Both the position numbers and the translations under genes were made by a program. This document shows, one piece after another, positions 1 to 14,287 of a stretch of DNA of 64,000 bases; positions within the stretch are counted from its first letter, which is position 1; the number at the start of each line of letters is the position of its first letter. The DNA is from the human T2T-CHM13v2.0 reference genome, Homo sapiens, in the NCBI RefSeq assembly GCF_009914755.1, contig NC_060930.1; one strand, given 5' to 3'. The notes below the pieces were generated by a model. It had not been told where the DNA came from. It did no database searches and saw only the letters and a list, made by a program, of their open reading frames with translations.

Positions 1-588
<588 letters not shown>

Positions 589-624
589 AACTACTAACCT
601 TTCTTCTCCAAATTCCAGCTCCAC

Positions 625-941
625 ATTTCTTTTTTCAATTTTTGAGACAAGGTCTCATTCTGTCACCCAGGCTGGAGTGCAGTGGTGCAATCTGGCTCAC
701 TACAACCTCTGTCTCCAGTGCTCAAGTGATACTCCCACTTTGGCCTCCGGAGTAGTTAGGACCACAGGTGTGCATCACCACACCAGGCTAATTTTTGTAT
801 TTTTTTTTTTTTTTTTTTTTTGGTAGAGACAGGGTTTTGCCATGTTGCTCAGGCTGGTCTTGAACTGCCAGGCTCAAGCTATCTGCTCGCCTCAGCCTTC
901 CAAAGTGCTGGGATTGCAGGCATAAGCCACTGTGCCCAGCC
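625..941 (-). mobile_element. AluJ
   Basis: Antisense dimer with an expanded T-run linker. Confidence 0.9.
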
Positions 942-1032
942 CAACTTCACATTTTTATGTTACTGGGTTAGATTACTTTAACGCAGTTAAATTTAAAGTT
1001 TAACTTTTAAATTTTCATGTTAGAAATGATAA

Positions 1033-1184
1033 GCCGGGTGTGGTGGCACATCCCTGTAGTCCCAGCTACTCAGGAGGCTGAGGCAGGAGGATTACTTGAG
1101 CCAGGGGTTCGAGGCCAACCTGGACAACATTAACGTAGTGAAACTCCATCTCTAATATAATAAAAATAAAAATAAAAATAAAAA
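1033..1184 (+). mobile_element. FLAM (free left Alu monomer)
   Basis: Single monomer, (TAAAAA)n tail, flanking aaatgata repeat. Confidence 0.8.
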
Positions 1185-1406
1185 TGATAGCCCAGACTAG
1201 GATAAAAAGATAAAGCTGCTCTCAGCCACAGGGAAGCACATCTTTTACATACACTCTTTTCCCTGGGCTTCAAGCAGAAGAACTGATAGAAGACAACTCC
1301 GTATTTTGCCACAGGTACAAGCTACATAAGGCGGATCCTATGATGGGAAGCTTTGTTTTAATTTTTATTCCAAAATCCTTTTATTCTCCAACTCAAATTT
1401 TCAATA

Positions 1407-1697
<291 letters not shown>

Positions 1698-1729
1698 TTT
1701 TTTTTTCAATAGATAAGCATGCATTTTGT

Positions 1730-2260
1730 TTCAACAATTATGGCAAGGCATTGGGCTGGCTATCAGAGATGCAGCAGAGAGCAAGACAATAAATTGGGTT
1801 CATGCCTTCCAGGAGTATAAAGACCAGTGGTGACAATTCTTGGAGAATGAGATGGACTCAGGAAAGTAAACGAGAATTGCACTAGGCATACCAAGCACCA
1901 TGAAGGGAGCACTATATTTGGGAGCATATAATGAGTGCAATCCTAGACTGGGTGACAGAAAAGGCTTCCCTACAGGAACTGATATTTAAGCTGAGAGCTG
2001 GAGGATATGTAAGACTGAGCCAAGCAAGCAGAAGGAGGAAGCGTGTTCCAGGCAGACGGACAGCGTGAGTGAGTCCCAAAGGCAAGTGGGAATGGGGCAT
2101 GTTCCAAGAATTCAAAGGAACTCCTGTGGCTGGAGAGGAGTGTAGGGGAGAGGCACACTTGGAGGCGAGGCCAGGGAGAAAGGCGGGTCAGTGAGGGAGG
2201 TCATTGGCAGCCACGTGATGCAGCCCTTTGCGTGCTGTTATGAAGACGTGGGACTTCAAA
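1730..2260 (-). mobile_element. L2 fragment
   Basis: Diverged similarity to the L2 3' region. Confidence 0.6.
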
Positions 2261-2335
2261 ATTCTTTCCTTATTTTATACTCTAGGACAGCCACTGTCAG
2301 AGAGATTAACTGGCTTTTCTAAAATCAACTATCAG

Positions 2336-2640
2336 GCTGGGCATTGTGGCTCATCCCTGTAATGTCTGTAATCCCAACACTTTGAGAGGCTGAGGCAGGA
2401 GGATGGCTTGAAGCCAGGAGTTTGAGAACAGCCCTTGCAACCTAGGGAGGTCCTGTGTCTACAAAAAATAAAAACATTAGCCAGGTGTAGTGGCACACAG
2501 GTGTAGTCCCAGCTGCTCAGGAGGCTGAGGTGGGAGGATCACTTGAGGCTGGGAGGTTAAGGCTGCAGTGAGCTGTAATTGCACCACTGCATTCCAGCTT
2601 GGGGCAATAGAGTGAGACTCTGTCTCAAAAATAAACAAAA
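2336..2640 (+). mobile_element. AluJ
   Basis: Full dimer with J-type 'ggctgcagtgagctgtaattg'. Confidence 0.92.
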
Positions 2641-2676
2641 TATCAAAAATCAAATGTCTGTATATTGACGGACCAC

Positions 2677-3005
2677 TGTGTCTTCCTTGGGTTTCCCCAG
2701 AGCAGATCATTACACAAGGATTCAATTATTTGGGGGATTAGCTTACGAAACACCAGCAAGGAAAGGGCACAGGAAACCCAGTTCCTGTTTAGTTCTGGTT
2801 TGAAGGCCACGGTAGGGGTGGGGTGGGGATATTCATTGTCTGGCACTTCCAGTCTGCTGCCTGGGTGGGGACACTGGGTCCAGAGGCAGCTCTCAGGTGA
2901 AGGAATGCAGATGTGGAGAGTTGGGCATTTGGAATGGTGGTCTGCATGCACTGAGTGGCCAGGGCGAGGGGACACGGGCCGGGCACTGAGTTATCTGCTG
3001 CAAAC
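2677..3005. mobile_element. Old ERVL-type LTR fragment
   Basis: 'ttgggtttccccagagcagatc...caaggattc' resembles ERVL LTR termini; family not resolved. Confidence 0.4.
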
Positions 3006-3814
3006 AGTTCTATGGCTCTGATTCTGAGCCCCTACACCACACTACATTGGCTGGATTTGACTTGAATTCCACCTGACTAGCAGGTGAAAGATGCTTACTT
3101 GATGGTGGATAGAACCAGAAAAGTCACATAACATTCTAGAACTCTGTGCCGAGGCCCCGGCAATACCTCAGGTTCTAGGCCTCTGTCTCCTTCGTCACAG
3201 CATGCACTTCCCATAATTCTTTCCTTCACTTCGGAGTCTTAATACCAAAGGAAGACACGCCATTTTGAGCAGCCTATTAATTTGAAAGTGTCAAGTGTAA
3301 CTAGGGAATAAATGAGACTCCTCAAAATGAGAGCTTAGTGAGGCATGAGGTAGTGAGCAAGGTCAAGCGCTTAGCTTAAAACAGCTGGATTAATTAGGGT
3401 AAAGTCTTTGGGCTTGGGATTTGGGGGCCTTTCTGACTCATGCAATTTTTCCAGAAATGAATGGGTCATATGTTTTGGGAATCTGATATTTAATGACAAG
3501 TTTTGGGGTTAAAAAAGTTCACAGTAAGTTTATGTTAGCAATAATTGTCCTTGGGGAGATTTTGCGGAGCAAGGGAAAGAGAGATGTTGGTTCTCCTTTC
3601 CTTCCTAGCTTTTTGCCCTCATCAAACATTTATAGCTGGAGGCCCTGTGAATTTCAATATCAACATCATGGTTCAGGTGCTCAAGGATTTCATAGTCTGT
3701 GAGAAGACAGACACACAGATAAACGCACACTAGCTAACAAGCCATGGAGCCCTGGGGCAATTTGTCAGCCTCTCCGGGCTCTGTTTCATTTGGAAGGACC
3801 TTGATGGACAAGTT

Positions 3815-3950
3815 CAGTGCTTCTCAACCTTGGCTGTTCATTGAAAGTACTTAGGGAACTTAGAAAGAACACCAGTGCCCCAGCTGGCCTCATGGCTCTG
3901 GAGTAAGGCCCAGGCGTTGGTATTTTTTTTAAAGGTTTTGCTAACTCTAA
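3815..3950. mobile_element. MER5-like hAT-Charlie MITE fragment
   Basis: 'cagtgcttctcaaccttggctg...ggcccagg' pattern. Confidence 0.65.
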
Positions 3951-4318
3951 AAGTCCTTCCCCCAGTCTCCCCCAACCCACCCAGAGAGCCTGTACTCTGT
4001 TTAACTCAACAGAAGACAGGAGGTGGGAGGTGAAAATCACATTCCCTCCTCTTGGTCTGGTGAACACGTAGTGTGAGCGCAGTGGAGCTCTGTGTTAGGT
4101 GACCATATGCCAGCCGCCTCTTGGACTCTGAGTGAATAGCTCACCTCAATAGAACGCATAGAACACTCATTCCAGAAATAACAGGTGCCCACATTTTTCT
4201 TCCTTGGGAGACACATTCATGGAGCCAACAACTAATTATCATACCAAGAAAACAAAAACCGTGAGGGAGAGCAGAGGCGGGCTGGCAGCACCCTTGAGTT
4301 GTACAAACCGTGACTCAC

Positions 4319-4496
4319 TGGTGTTCAAGGCTGAAGCATCTCCGTAGCATCTCTCTGAGAAGTATCCTGTGGTTATTTTGCAAAAGAAAGAAGGCAACGT
4401 GCTTTGCCGTGAGCCTGAACGGAAGGAGAGCTCTTCTCCAATCTCCTGCGTCCTCTGGTTGGCTTCGGACCACACCTGCCATTGAACTTTCCATAG
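4319..4496 (-). ncRNA. Candidate internal exon of a spliced non-coding transcript
   Basis: Minus strand: acceptor gtgttctctattccAG and donor CA|GTGAGT bracket 178 nt of non-repeat sequence; splice signals only. Confidence 0.35.
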
Positions 4497-5146
4497 CTGG
4501 AATAGAGAACACTTGGCTTCCACACCCCTGTTCTGGCGTGTTCACTACACTAACAACCTCTTCTGTTACGTACAAGGTAATTAAAGGATGAGCTTAGAAG
4601 CTGGCACCTTTCCTTTAAAGTAAAAGGCAGCTTACGTTTTGCTAGTGACAGTCTCCTGTAAAAATAACTCTCTTATTAGCGATGACATAAGAGCCACTGA
4701 AACCATCTCCGCTCATGGTTAAGCTTGGAGCCTGCCCCATGCCCTTCTGAGGCCCTTTCTCCAATACATGCTGACAAAATCGGCTCCCTGTGCGCCAACA
4801 TCAACATAATGACCTCACCGTGGATGAGTCTATGAGTCTCTGAAGGCTGAATGATTCTTCAGAACACGCTGAGGAGATGAGCTAGAGGCATGAATAAATT
4901 GCTTGTACTTTTCCTTGCTGGCTGTAAAGCCAGCATTGCTCTATCTAATGGAATGTCTACAAAAAGCCACAAGAACTCCATCGTTGTTGTTGTTGTTTTT
5001 CTTTTTAGGCTGATAGGTTTTCTTTTTCATCTCCTGCAGCAGGTCTTGTTTGAGAGAACTTTGGAATGTGTAGTGACCACTAAGAGCATGGAATTGAATT
5101 AGCTGATTGATTACAAAGAGAGAGCCTCAATTTAAAAGATAGAGGC

Positions 5147-5448
5147 CCAGACCGGGCAAAGTGGATCGTTCCTGTAATCCCAGCACTTTGGGAGGCCGAG
5201 GCAGGAGGATCACTCGGGCCCAGGAGTTTGAGACCAGCCTGGGCAACATAGTGAGACCTTATCTCTACTAAAGATAAAAAAGCTACCTGGGCATAGTGGC
5301 ACATGCCTGTGGTCCTATCTACTTGGGAGGCTGAGGTGGGAGGATCACTCGAGTCCAGAAAGTTGAAGCTGCAGTGAGCTGTGATCATGCCCACTGCACT
5401 CTAGCCTAAGCGACAGTGAGACCCCATCAAAAAAGAAAAAAAAAAAAG
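5147..5448 (+). mobile_element. AluJ
   Basis: Full dimer with A tail; aaagatagaggcc / aaagacagaggcc flanks. Confidence 0.92.
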
Positions 5449-5508
5449 TAAAAGACAGAGGCCTATATCTGCCCAGTGAAGATCTGGCGGAGTCAAAACT
5501 CAGAATGA

Positions 5509-5783
5509 GGCTGAGTGCAGTGGCTCATACCTGTAATCCCAGCACTTTGGGAGGCCGAGTGGATCACTTGAGGTCAGGAGTTCGAGACCAGCCTGGGCAA
5601 CAAGATGAAACCCAGTCTCTATTAAAAATACAAAAATTAGCCAGGCCTGGTGGCAGTCACCTGTAATCCCAGCTACTTGGGAGGCTGAGGCAGGAGAATC
5701 TCTTGAACCCAGGAGACAGAGGTTGCAGTGTCTGAAATCAAGTCACTGCACTTCAGCCTGGGCAGCAGAATGAGACTCTATCT

Positions 5784-5820
<37 letters not shown>
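5509..5820 (+). mobile_element. AluS
   Basis: Full dimer with a long pure A tail. Confidence 0.93.
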
Positions 5821-6585
5821 AACAGCTTGGAATGACACAACCCCAGGAAACTATCTTCATAATGTGTGGTGTGGACAGGGACCAATGGCATTAAAATATG
5901 TGAAATGAGTTTTCCAATTAGACAATTTTTTCATTTAAATTGTATTATTGTTATATTTGAAAAGCAATGGATGCCTTATGGAAAATATAGAAAACATAAG
6001 AAGAAGATTTTGAAAATCATTATATGCCTATACAAAATAATAAGTGTTACAGCTTATATTTTCTTCTAGTCTTTTTTCTTTGTGTTGCTTTTTGGTAACA
6101 TACTGTTTATATGTATAAATATATAATATTTAGCAGGCACAAAAATCTTCTTGGGGCTTTAAAATTTTCATCTTTATACTAGGAATAATAATAGTATTAC
6201 TATATAGCATAATATAGTATATAATTATAATATAGTATATATAGTAGTAATAGTACTACATATATAGTCTATATACTATTATATACAATAATAGCACATA
6301 TTATATATGTGCATTCTCCTCTGTTTACTTAATGTGCATTTTTCTATTTTAAGATACACTTACCACAAAACATCTTTTGCAATGGCCACCAAATATTCCA
6401 CTGTCATTATTTTTAATAAAAAATTTCCATACTTTATTCTATAAAGCTGAGTAGAAATTTTTTTTTCCGGCCAGATACTCTAACCAAAATATTGTGAAAT
6501 AAAACAAAGGTCCTTTTCCATCTTATACATAGAGTCATTGAGAATAAAAAATGAAAATAATAATAAAGCTAAGGTCCTTTTCAAT

Positions 6586-6776
6586 AAGTTACAAAATAAA
6601 ATATAGAATCTCCAGTTAAATTTGAATTTCAGGTAAATAACAAGAATTTTTAAAAATGTAAGTATGTCCTAAACATTGCATGGGATATATATTTTATACC
6701 AAAATATTATTTGTCATTTGTCTGAAATTAAAATTTAACTGGGCCTGTATTTTTATTTGCTAAATCTACAACCTTA
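6586..6776. mobile_element. MER53 palindromic MITE
   Basis: Inverted arms ccagttaaatttgaatttcag / ctgaaattaaaatttaactgg; matches the recalled MER53 consensus. Confidence 0.85.
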
Positions 6777-7028
6777 TGAGTGAAATGAGAAAAAGGGAGG
6801 GGACCTGTTTACTTTGCCTAATTGTTACTAATTTTTTCAAAAAAGAAAGTCATTTTAACTTTTTATTAATAATCTACCATATGGTAACAGCTAAGCAGAA
6901 AATAAAAGTGAAAAAATAAATAAGAAAGAAGAAAAGAAAAGGTAAACAGACATAAGGTATTTACAGTCTCAAAAAATAAATAGAAGTGATATTATAGCTA
7001 ACCAAAATTATTTTAAAGGTATATAACA

Positions 7029-7330
7029 GGCTGGGCACGGTGGCTCATGCCTGTAATCCTCACACTTTGGGAGGCTGAGGCGGGTGGATCACTTGAGGTC
7101 AGGAGTTCGAGACCAGCCTGGCCAACATGGTAAAACCCCATCTCTACTAAAAATACAAAAATTAGCCAAGTGTGGAGGCTCACGTCTGTAATCCTAGCTA
7201 CTTGGGAGGCTGAGGCACGAGAATCACTTGAACCCAGGGGGCAGTGGTTGCAGTAAGCAGAGACCTCGCCACCACACTCCAGCCTGGGTGACAGAGTAAG
7301 ACTCTGTCTCAAAAATAAATAAACAAATAA
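7029..7330 (+). mobile_element. AluS
   Basis: Full dimer; TSD aaaggtatataaca. Confidence 0.95.
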
Positions 7331-8169
7331 AAGGTATATAACAAAGAAAGGCATTTATGAATAGCTATTAGTTTTATGTTTTGAAAGCACTACAGGAAAT
7401 TCATTCTAGTTTTTCAGATAATCATCAACACTGTGTTTTATACTTTAGGCTTTTCAGATAGAATATGATTATGTGGCAGCTCATACCTGAAATGACTCTT
7501 GTGGAATTCAGCTGAGGATATAGCCAATGGCCAAACCATTTGTTGCCAATTTCAGGAGTAATGGTCCTAATTGTTGAAGAATGGAGACTTTCTTCATAGG
7601 TTCTACCTGCAGAGGCCTCTCCCAATCATTGTAGACTAGTGGGGTTCTGATGAGAAGTTTCCTTTAGGGCCTTACACAAGAACGTTATGAAACCTCTGCT
7701 TTCTTGAAGAACCTAACAATTATCTGTAAGTCTAAGAGTCGTTTGCTGATAGTCAGTGGATGCTCCCGGATTTGTATACTCTGCTGAAGGGACTTAGAGC
7801 TGCTCATGGCTGGAAAGGGGGCTCAGAACTTTGTCTTGAAGCTGCCCCTGAAGAGCAAGCACAATAGCTTTATTTAGAAGAAATGATTACTTGGGGTAGC
7901 TGAAGAAGCAAGTAAAAAGGGGTTGGAGCTGGTGGCAGCCTAAAACCTCCCCCTTCCACTCCATGTCAGTGCTGCTGATTGTGTTTGGGGGAATAAAAGA
8001 CATCATATAGCAATTGGCATAGGTCACAAAGGATCAGAAGACAGGCTAATGCTCTTAAATATGACTTAGAGGACTAAAAAAATACTGGTGAGAGACATTT
8101 CTAACCAGACTATAAAAGCTACGCGCTATCAGCATAGTTTCTTTCGTTTTGTTTTTCACCCAGAGATAT

Positions 8170-8785
8170 CCCTCCAAAACGCAAGTCTGATCATAGCTCT
8201 TCTGAAAGCCTCTTCCTGGCCTCCCACTGCCTGCTGAATCAAGGTTGAGCATGAGAGTTGGTGTGACACAGGGGGCCCTGGCCAGCTCCTAGCCCTCCAG
8301 CTGCACCTACTCCCATTATCCCAGGCATCTCTTTGCTGCCTGTTGTTGCTTTCCCATCCAACTCGTCAGTAACACTGACTGCAAGTTTATAGGACAAGAT
8401 ACTATTTCATGCCTCTTTTGCACCTGCTGTTTTCTTTGCTTCCAAGAAAGCCTTGTGGCTTCCCCTCCCTCCACTCTCCCTCCCCCAAAGGCTGCCTGGT
8501 GACTGCTATTTCTCCCTGAGAACCAGCTCAGATGTCAGTTTCTGCAGGGCCCTTTCTTAACCACTCCTGACACCCCCAGGGTTAAAAGCTCTCCCTTTAA
8601 GCTGCTCTGCGTCCTTCTCACATGTTGTGTTGTATCAGATCATTGGTTCATTTTATTTATGTGTCCTCTTCCAATTCATAAGCTTGTTGGAAACAAGGCT
8701 CACCTTTTGATTTGTCTCTCTTTCCCTAGCAACTAGACAGAGTCTGATACATTATAATCAGTCAATATTTTTGGGTGAATGAATC
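8170..8785 (+). mobile_element. L2 3' fragment
   Basis: Ends in L2-type 'aatattttttgggtgaatgaat'. Confidence 0.6.
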
Positions 8786-9430
8786 CTAGATTTTAAGTTT
8801 AGCAATTATTCTATACTCAATAAATTTCCATGTATTTCATTGAAATTAATTCATCAATACATTTCAAAAATCTGAACTCCCAGCTGTACTGTAGGGTAAA
8901 CTTTGTAAGTAGTGATGCGCTCCCTAGGTCTGCAGCTTTGAGATCTAAAACAGGGCTGTGCACAATCACTTTAGCTCCTGGCTAAGTCTTTGACCCTGCA
9001 ATTTAGATGTGATTATATCTTTTGAATTCCCATTATATTTCTGTTGTCAACCTCTCAGACAGCTTAACCACAGTCAGGCAAAGGGAAGAAACACATTGAA
9101 GTCTGATTTACAACCTTGTGGTCTTTTGGAGCTGTAAGTCAGATTGAGAAGTTACAGGACAGGGAGACTTTGTAAAGTAGGAACTTCTCACAGTGGTAAG
9201 TCAGAAATGAGAAAATCCTAGGTCAGAGAAATAATGGTTCTCCAGTTGCAGGGAGTAGCTGCCATCACACTCTCCATCAACATAGGTCTTTGGGTATCTG
9301 CCCATTCTCTAATTCGAGTCTCAGTTTGATGTGAAGTTATCTTCTCTTCTTGAACTCACACATAAATAAGTTCTTCTTTGGAACAGAGGAGTGGATTGCT
9401 TGTCAGCCCCTCAGAGACTCCGTGGAACCA

Positions 9431-9521
9431 GGAGTGAGTCACTCCATGTGGTATTGAGGCTCTTTGTTTGACTAATCTCTCATTTAAGATGTTCAAGTGG
9501 CTAATAGATGGGAAAGTTCCC
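9431..9521. promoter_or_regulatory. Candidate AP-1 plus kB-like enhancer motifs
   Basis: Palindrome GGAGTGAGTCACTCC (9431-9445) and GGGAAAGTTCCC (9510-9521); motif match only. Confidence 0.4.
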
Positions 9522-9568
9522 TGGAGAAAGTAACTTGCTTGCTTGTGAGTTTCCGTGTGAGGAATCTC

Positions 9569-9820
9569 TGAGATCTGCTTCTGAATAGCTCTGCTTTTCA
9601 TCTTGATCATTCATTAATTCAAAAATGGCTTAAATTGTGGCCTAAACATTGAGGTTTGCTCTTCTCCCACAAATTTTAAACAGGAGACCCTTCCTTTTTT
9701 GAGATCTGCTTCGAATAGCTGTGCTTTTCATCTTGATCATTCATTAATTCAAAAATGGCTTAAATGTGACCTAAACGTTGAGGTTTGCTCTTCTCCCACG
9801 AATTTTAAATAGGAGACCTT
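9569..9820 (+). repeat. Tandem duplication, two copies, 131-bp period
   Basis: Copies start at 9569 and 9700 (tgagatctgcttc...aggagacc); about 7 differences. Confidence 0.95.
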
Positions 9821-10464
9821 TTCTCTTTACACAAGTTTGACAGACCAAGAGTATGTCCTAAAATTAAGCTGTAGTCTCTAAACTTATGACAGTTTGTGAG
9901 AGTTGAAATGCAGTAAATGCAGCTTGCAGTGCCTAGATCGTGATTGCTGGATGAAGATATCTTGGGAACAGAGTCCTTCCTATCTGTGATTGGTATTTTC
10001 CAGCTTCCCTCTTCCTTTGTGCAGTTCTGTTCCAGTCCCTGTGCCTCGCCGGCCCCACCTGGAATAGCATTTCTCCGTGTGAGCCTGGTATCTACTTCCT
10101 TTAAAAACATTGACAAAATAGGTTTTTCTTCTCTGTCTGAGGAGTCTAGATGAGTCCTCCAAAAAAGATGTGGAGTAAGGGAGTTGGGCCATAGGTCATC
10201 ACTGCTACAATAGTCCATCTGTGCATACTCACACACACTAAAATCCACCAGTTCATCCTGATCCTGATACCTGTTTCTGATCTACAGGGTTCATTCTAGC
10301 CTCCTCTCCTCTTTCCTAATTTGTAACTCCTTTGTGTCACAGTGAGAAACCTGGTCTTCTTTATCTACAATAGGTTTACTTTTGTTCAATCCTAGTATAG
10401 ATATAAAATAGTTTCAGAACTGCTAACTCATACCCATGAAAGACACAAATTTACTAGAGTATAA

Positions 10465-10838
<374 letters not shown>

Positions 10839-11030
10839 TAATTCAGGTTAATTCTTTTCTTCCCCACCTCTTTGGTGTGGTTTTGTTATTCATTTGTAAT
10901 AAAGTGAGTTCCATTTTCCTCCCATCATCCCCCAATCCCATCCCACCAACAGGTTTAGTAGGATTGAGATTATAACCAAGTTGAGCCTGACTGATGGATA
11001 AACTCTAGGTTTATTAAAGAAGGTAAATGA

Positions 11031-11351
<321 letters not shown>

Positions 11352-11471
11352 ACTTCTTCTATTTTAAATTAACTTGGCATCTAGAGAGAAGTTGCCCTAT
11401 GACAACCCGAAATTCACAGCTACATCAAAATTGCTTTACAACCTCTTTTCTTTACCACTGCCTTTCCCTAC

Positions 11472-12564
11472 TGTTGCAGGAAGTCAGGGACCCCAAACGG
11501 AGGGACTGGCTAGAAGCCATGGCAGAAGAACGTGGATTGTGAAGATTTCATGGACATTTATTAGTTCCCCATATTAATACTTTTATAATTTCTTATGCCT
11601 GTCTTTACTGCAATCTCTAAACATAAATTGTGAAGATTTCATGGACACTTATCACTTCCCCAATCAACCCTTGTGATTTCCTATGCCTGTCTTTACTTTA
11701 ATCTCTTAGTCCTGTCAGCTGAGGAGGATGTATGTTGCCTGAGGACCCCGTGACAGTTGCATTAACTGCACAAATTGTAGAGCATGTGTGTTTGAACAAT
11801 ATGAAATCTGGGCACCTTGAAAAAAGAACAGGATAACAGCAGTGTTCAGGGAATAAAAGAGATGACCTTAAACTCTGACCGCTGGTGAGCTGGGTGGGAC
11901 AGAGCCATATTTCTCTTCTTTCAATAGCAAATGGGAGAAATATCACTGAATTCTTTTTCTCAGCAAGGAACATCCCTGAGAAAGAGAATGCATCCCTGAG
12001 GGTGGGCCTTTCAAATGGCCCCCTTGAGTGTGGCCGTCTTCTATGGTCGAGACTGTAGGGATGAAATAAGCCCCAGTCTCCCATAGCACTCCCAGGCTTA
12101 TTAGGACAAGGAAATTCCCACCTAATAAATTTTGGTCAGACGGGTTGCTCTCAAACCCTGTCTCCTGATAAGATGTTATCAATGACAATGGTGCCCGAAA
12201 CTTCATTAGCAATTTTAATTTCGCTCCAGTCCTGTGGTCCTGCGATCTCGCCCTGCCTCCATTTGCCTTGTGATATTCTATTACCTTGTAAAGCACGTGA
12301 TCTCTGTGACCCACACCCTATTCGTACACTCCCTCCCCTTTTGAAAATCACTAATAAAAACTTGCTGGTTTTACGGCTCAGGGGGCATCATGGAACCTAC
12401 TGACATGTGATGTCTCCCTCGGATGCCCAGCTTTAAAATTTCTCTCTTTTGTACTCTGTCCCTTTATTTCTCAAACCAGCCGATGCTTAGGGAAAATAGA
12501 AAAGAACCTACATGAAATATCGGGGGTGAATTTTGCCCGATATCTGGCTGAATTTCCCCTGATA
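11472..12564 (+). mobile_element. MER11 solo LTR (HERV-K HML-8)
   Basis: Starts TGTTGCAGGAAGTCAGGGACCCC, ends TTTCCCCTGATA, 1093 bp, AATAAA near 12353, perfect 6-bp TSD CCCTAC. Confidence 0.93.
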
Positions 12565-13947
12565 CCCTACCCCCTCCATTTCCTGGTCTCATTTTCATAA
12601 GAGTTTCTAATGAAGATAAAAACTGGTTTAAAAACCCCTCCCTAACCCTTTTAACTTGGGAGGAGATTGGAATGAATCGTCAAAAGGATGAAAGCTAGGT
12701 AGCGGGAAGGTGGAGGAACAGCAGCCAGGGGTCATAAATTATGAAATGAATCATATAATGTTCAGTAGAACTGATGGTCAATGATAGTTGTATTGATTTA
12801 ACCATAATATAATCAAGAAGAGAAATGCCCTTCTTTGCTTCTGACCTGGCTTGTTTGTTGGGGCCTGATCACACACCAAGATGCCACTAGGATTAGCAGG
12901 CTCTTGTCTAAGTGAGCCTCTGGAATTGGCAGGGCCTCATTGCCCACAAAGTTTAACTCCTTATTCTATTTCTGCTCATTCTTTAGTGTGTTCCTTCATT
13001 TATTCAATCAATCATCTTTTCACAGACATGGAGCTGGGTTCTTACTCTGCACAAGGAACTTTGCAGAAGAGGGACAATATCTGGGTCACCTCTGGTCACC
13101 AGGCATCCCTCTGGCCAATCCCACTGTCTGCTCTGTGACCATCCCCAATGGTAGATACATCACCTCCAAAATATTTGGGAGTTAAGCAAGTAGAAGTCAT
13201 GAAATTATACTCAGAACTAATCATACAAGGAGAAAAGGCACTGCCTTCCTGTGGAGGGAGTGGTTTTGAAAATCCTATACCATACTCCTTCCCCCAACTA
13301 CCATTTAGACTTCTAGGAGGGAGTCTAAACTACCTACAAGTCTTGCCTTAGTGCTCTTCCCTGAAGCAGTTCCAACAGCCCAGCCCAGGCATGTACTTGA
13401 ATTCGTGTAAACAGGGTTCCCCAATTAATGAGGGAAATAGCCATGTGTCAATGCTGGGAACCCAGCGTGATTCATTAGGCAGGTCACAATAAGGCCAATT
13501 CAAATTCTGAAATGTTTGTTTCACCAGAATGATATTTACTAGTACAGTAAACAGAACTACAAAACAACTATGTCAAATAGTGCAAACAACAATCAAGATT
13601 TCAAAATTGCCTAAGGTGGAAGTAAGAGGGAGCTTATTAAACACCTGCATCATTGGGTATTTAAGGTAATGTTGAAAAGCAGGATTAAGTTTCAGACTTT
13701 ATAACACAGATACTGGGGACTTCAGTTTGTCATTAACATGGTTAACTGAAAGAAAGGTGCATAGCATTGTGGGATGTTGTATGTACTTTATGAATTGGCT
13801 CATGGTCTTTGAGTGGGGATCAGGTAGTTTGCATGGGTAATTTCTCTCTCTCTCTCTCCCCCTTTTTGATTTCTTCTTTATAATAATAACCAGAAAAAGG
13901 AACTCTATTTTGTCTTACTTGGGAGACAGGGACAGAAGTAAACATAA

Positions 13948-14287
<340 letters not shown>

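Noticed and set aside
9805-10248. 147-aa minus-strand ORF
   Set aside because: No recognisable homology or domain; it runs into the tandem duplication; the length is compatible with chance
11536-11700. Direct repeats attgtgaagatttcatggaca and atgcctgtctttact
   Set aside because: Intrinsic internal repeats of the MER11 LTR, not a CRISPR-like array
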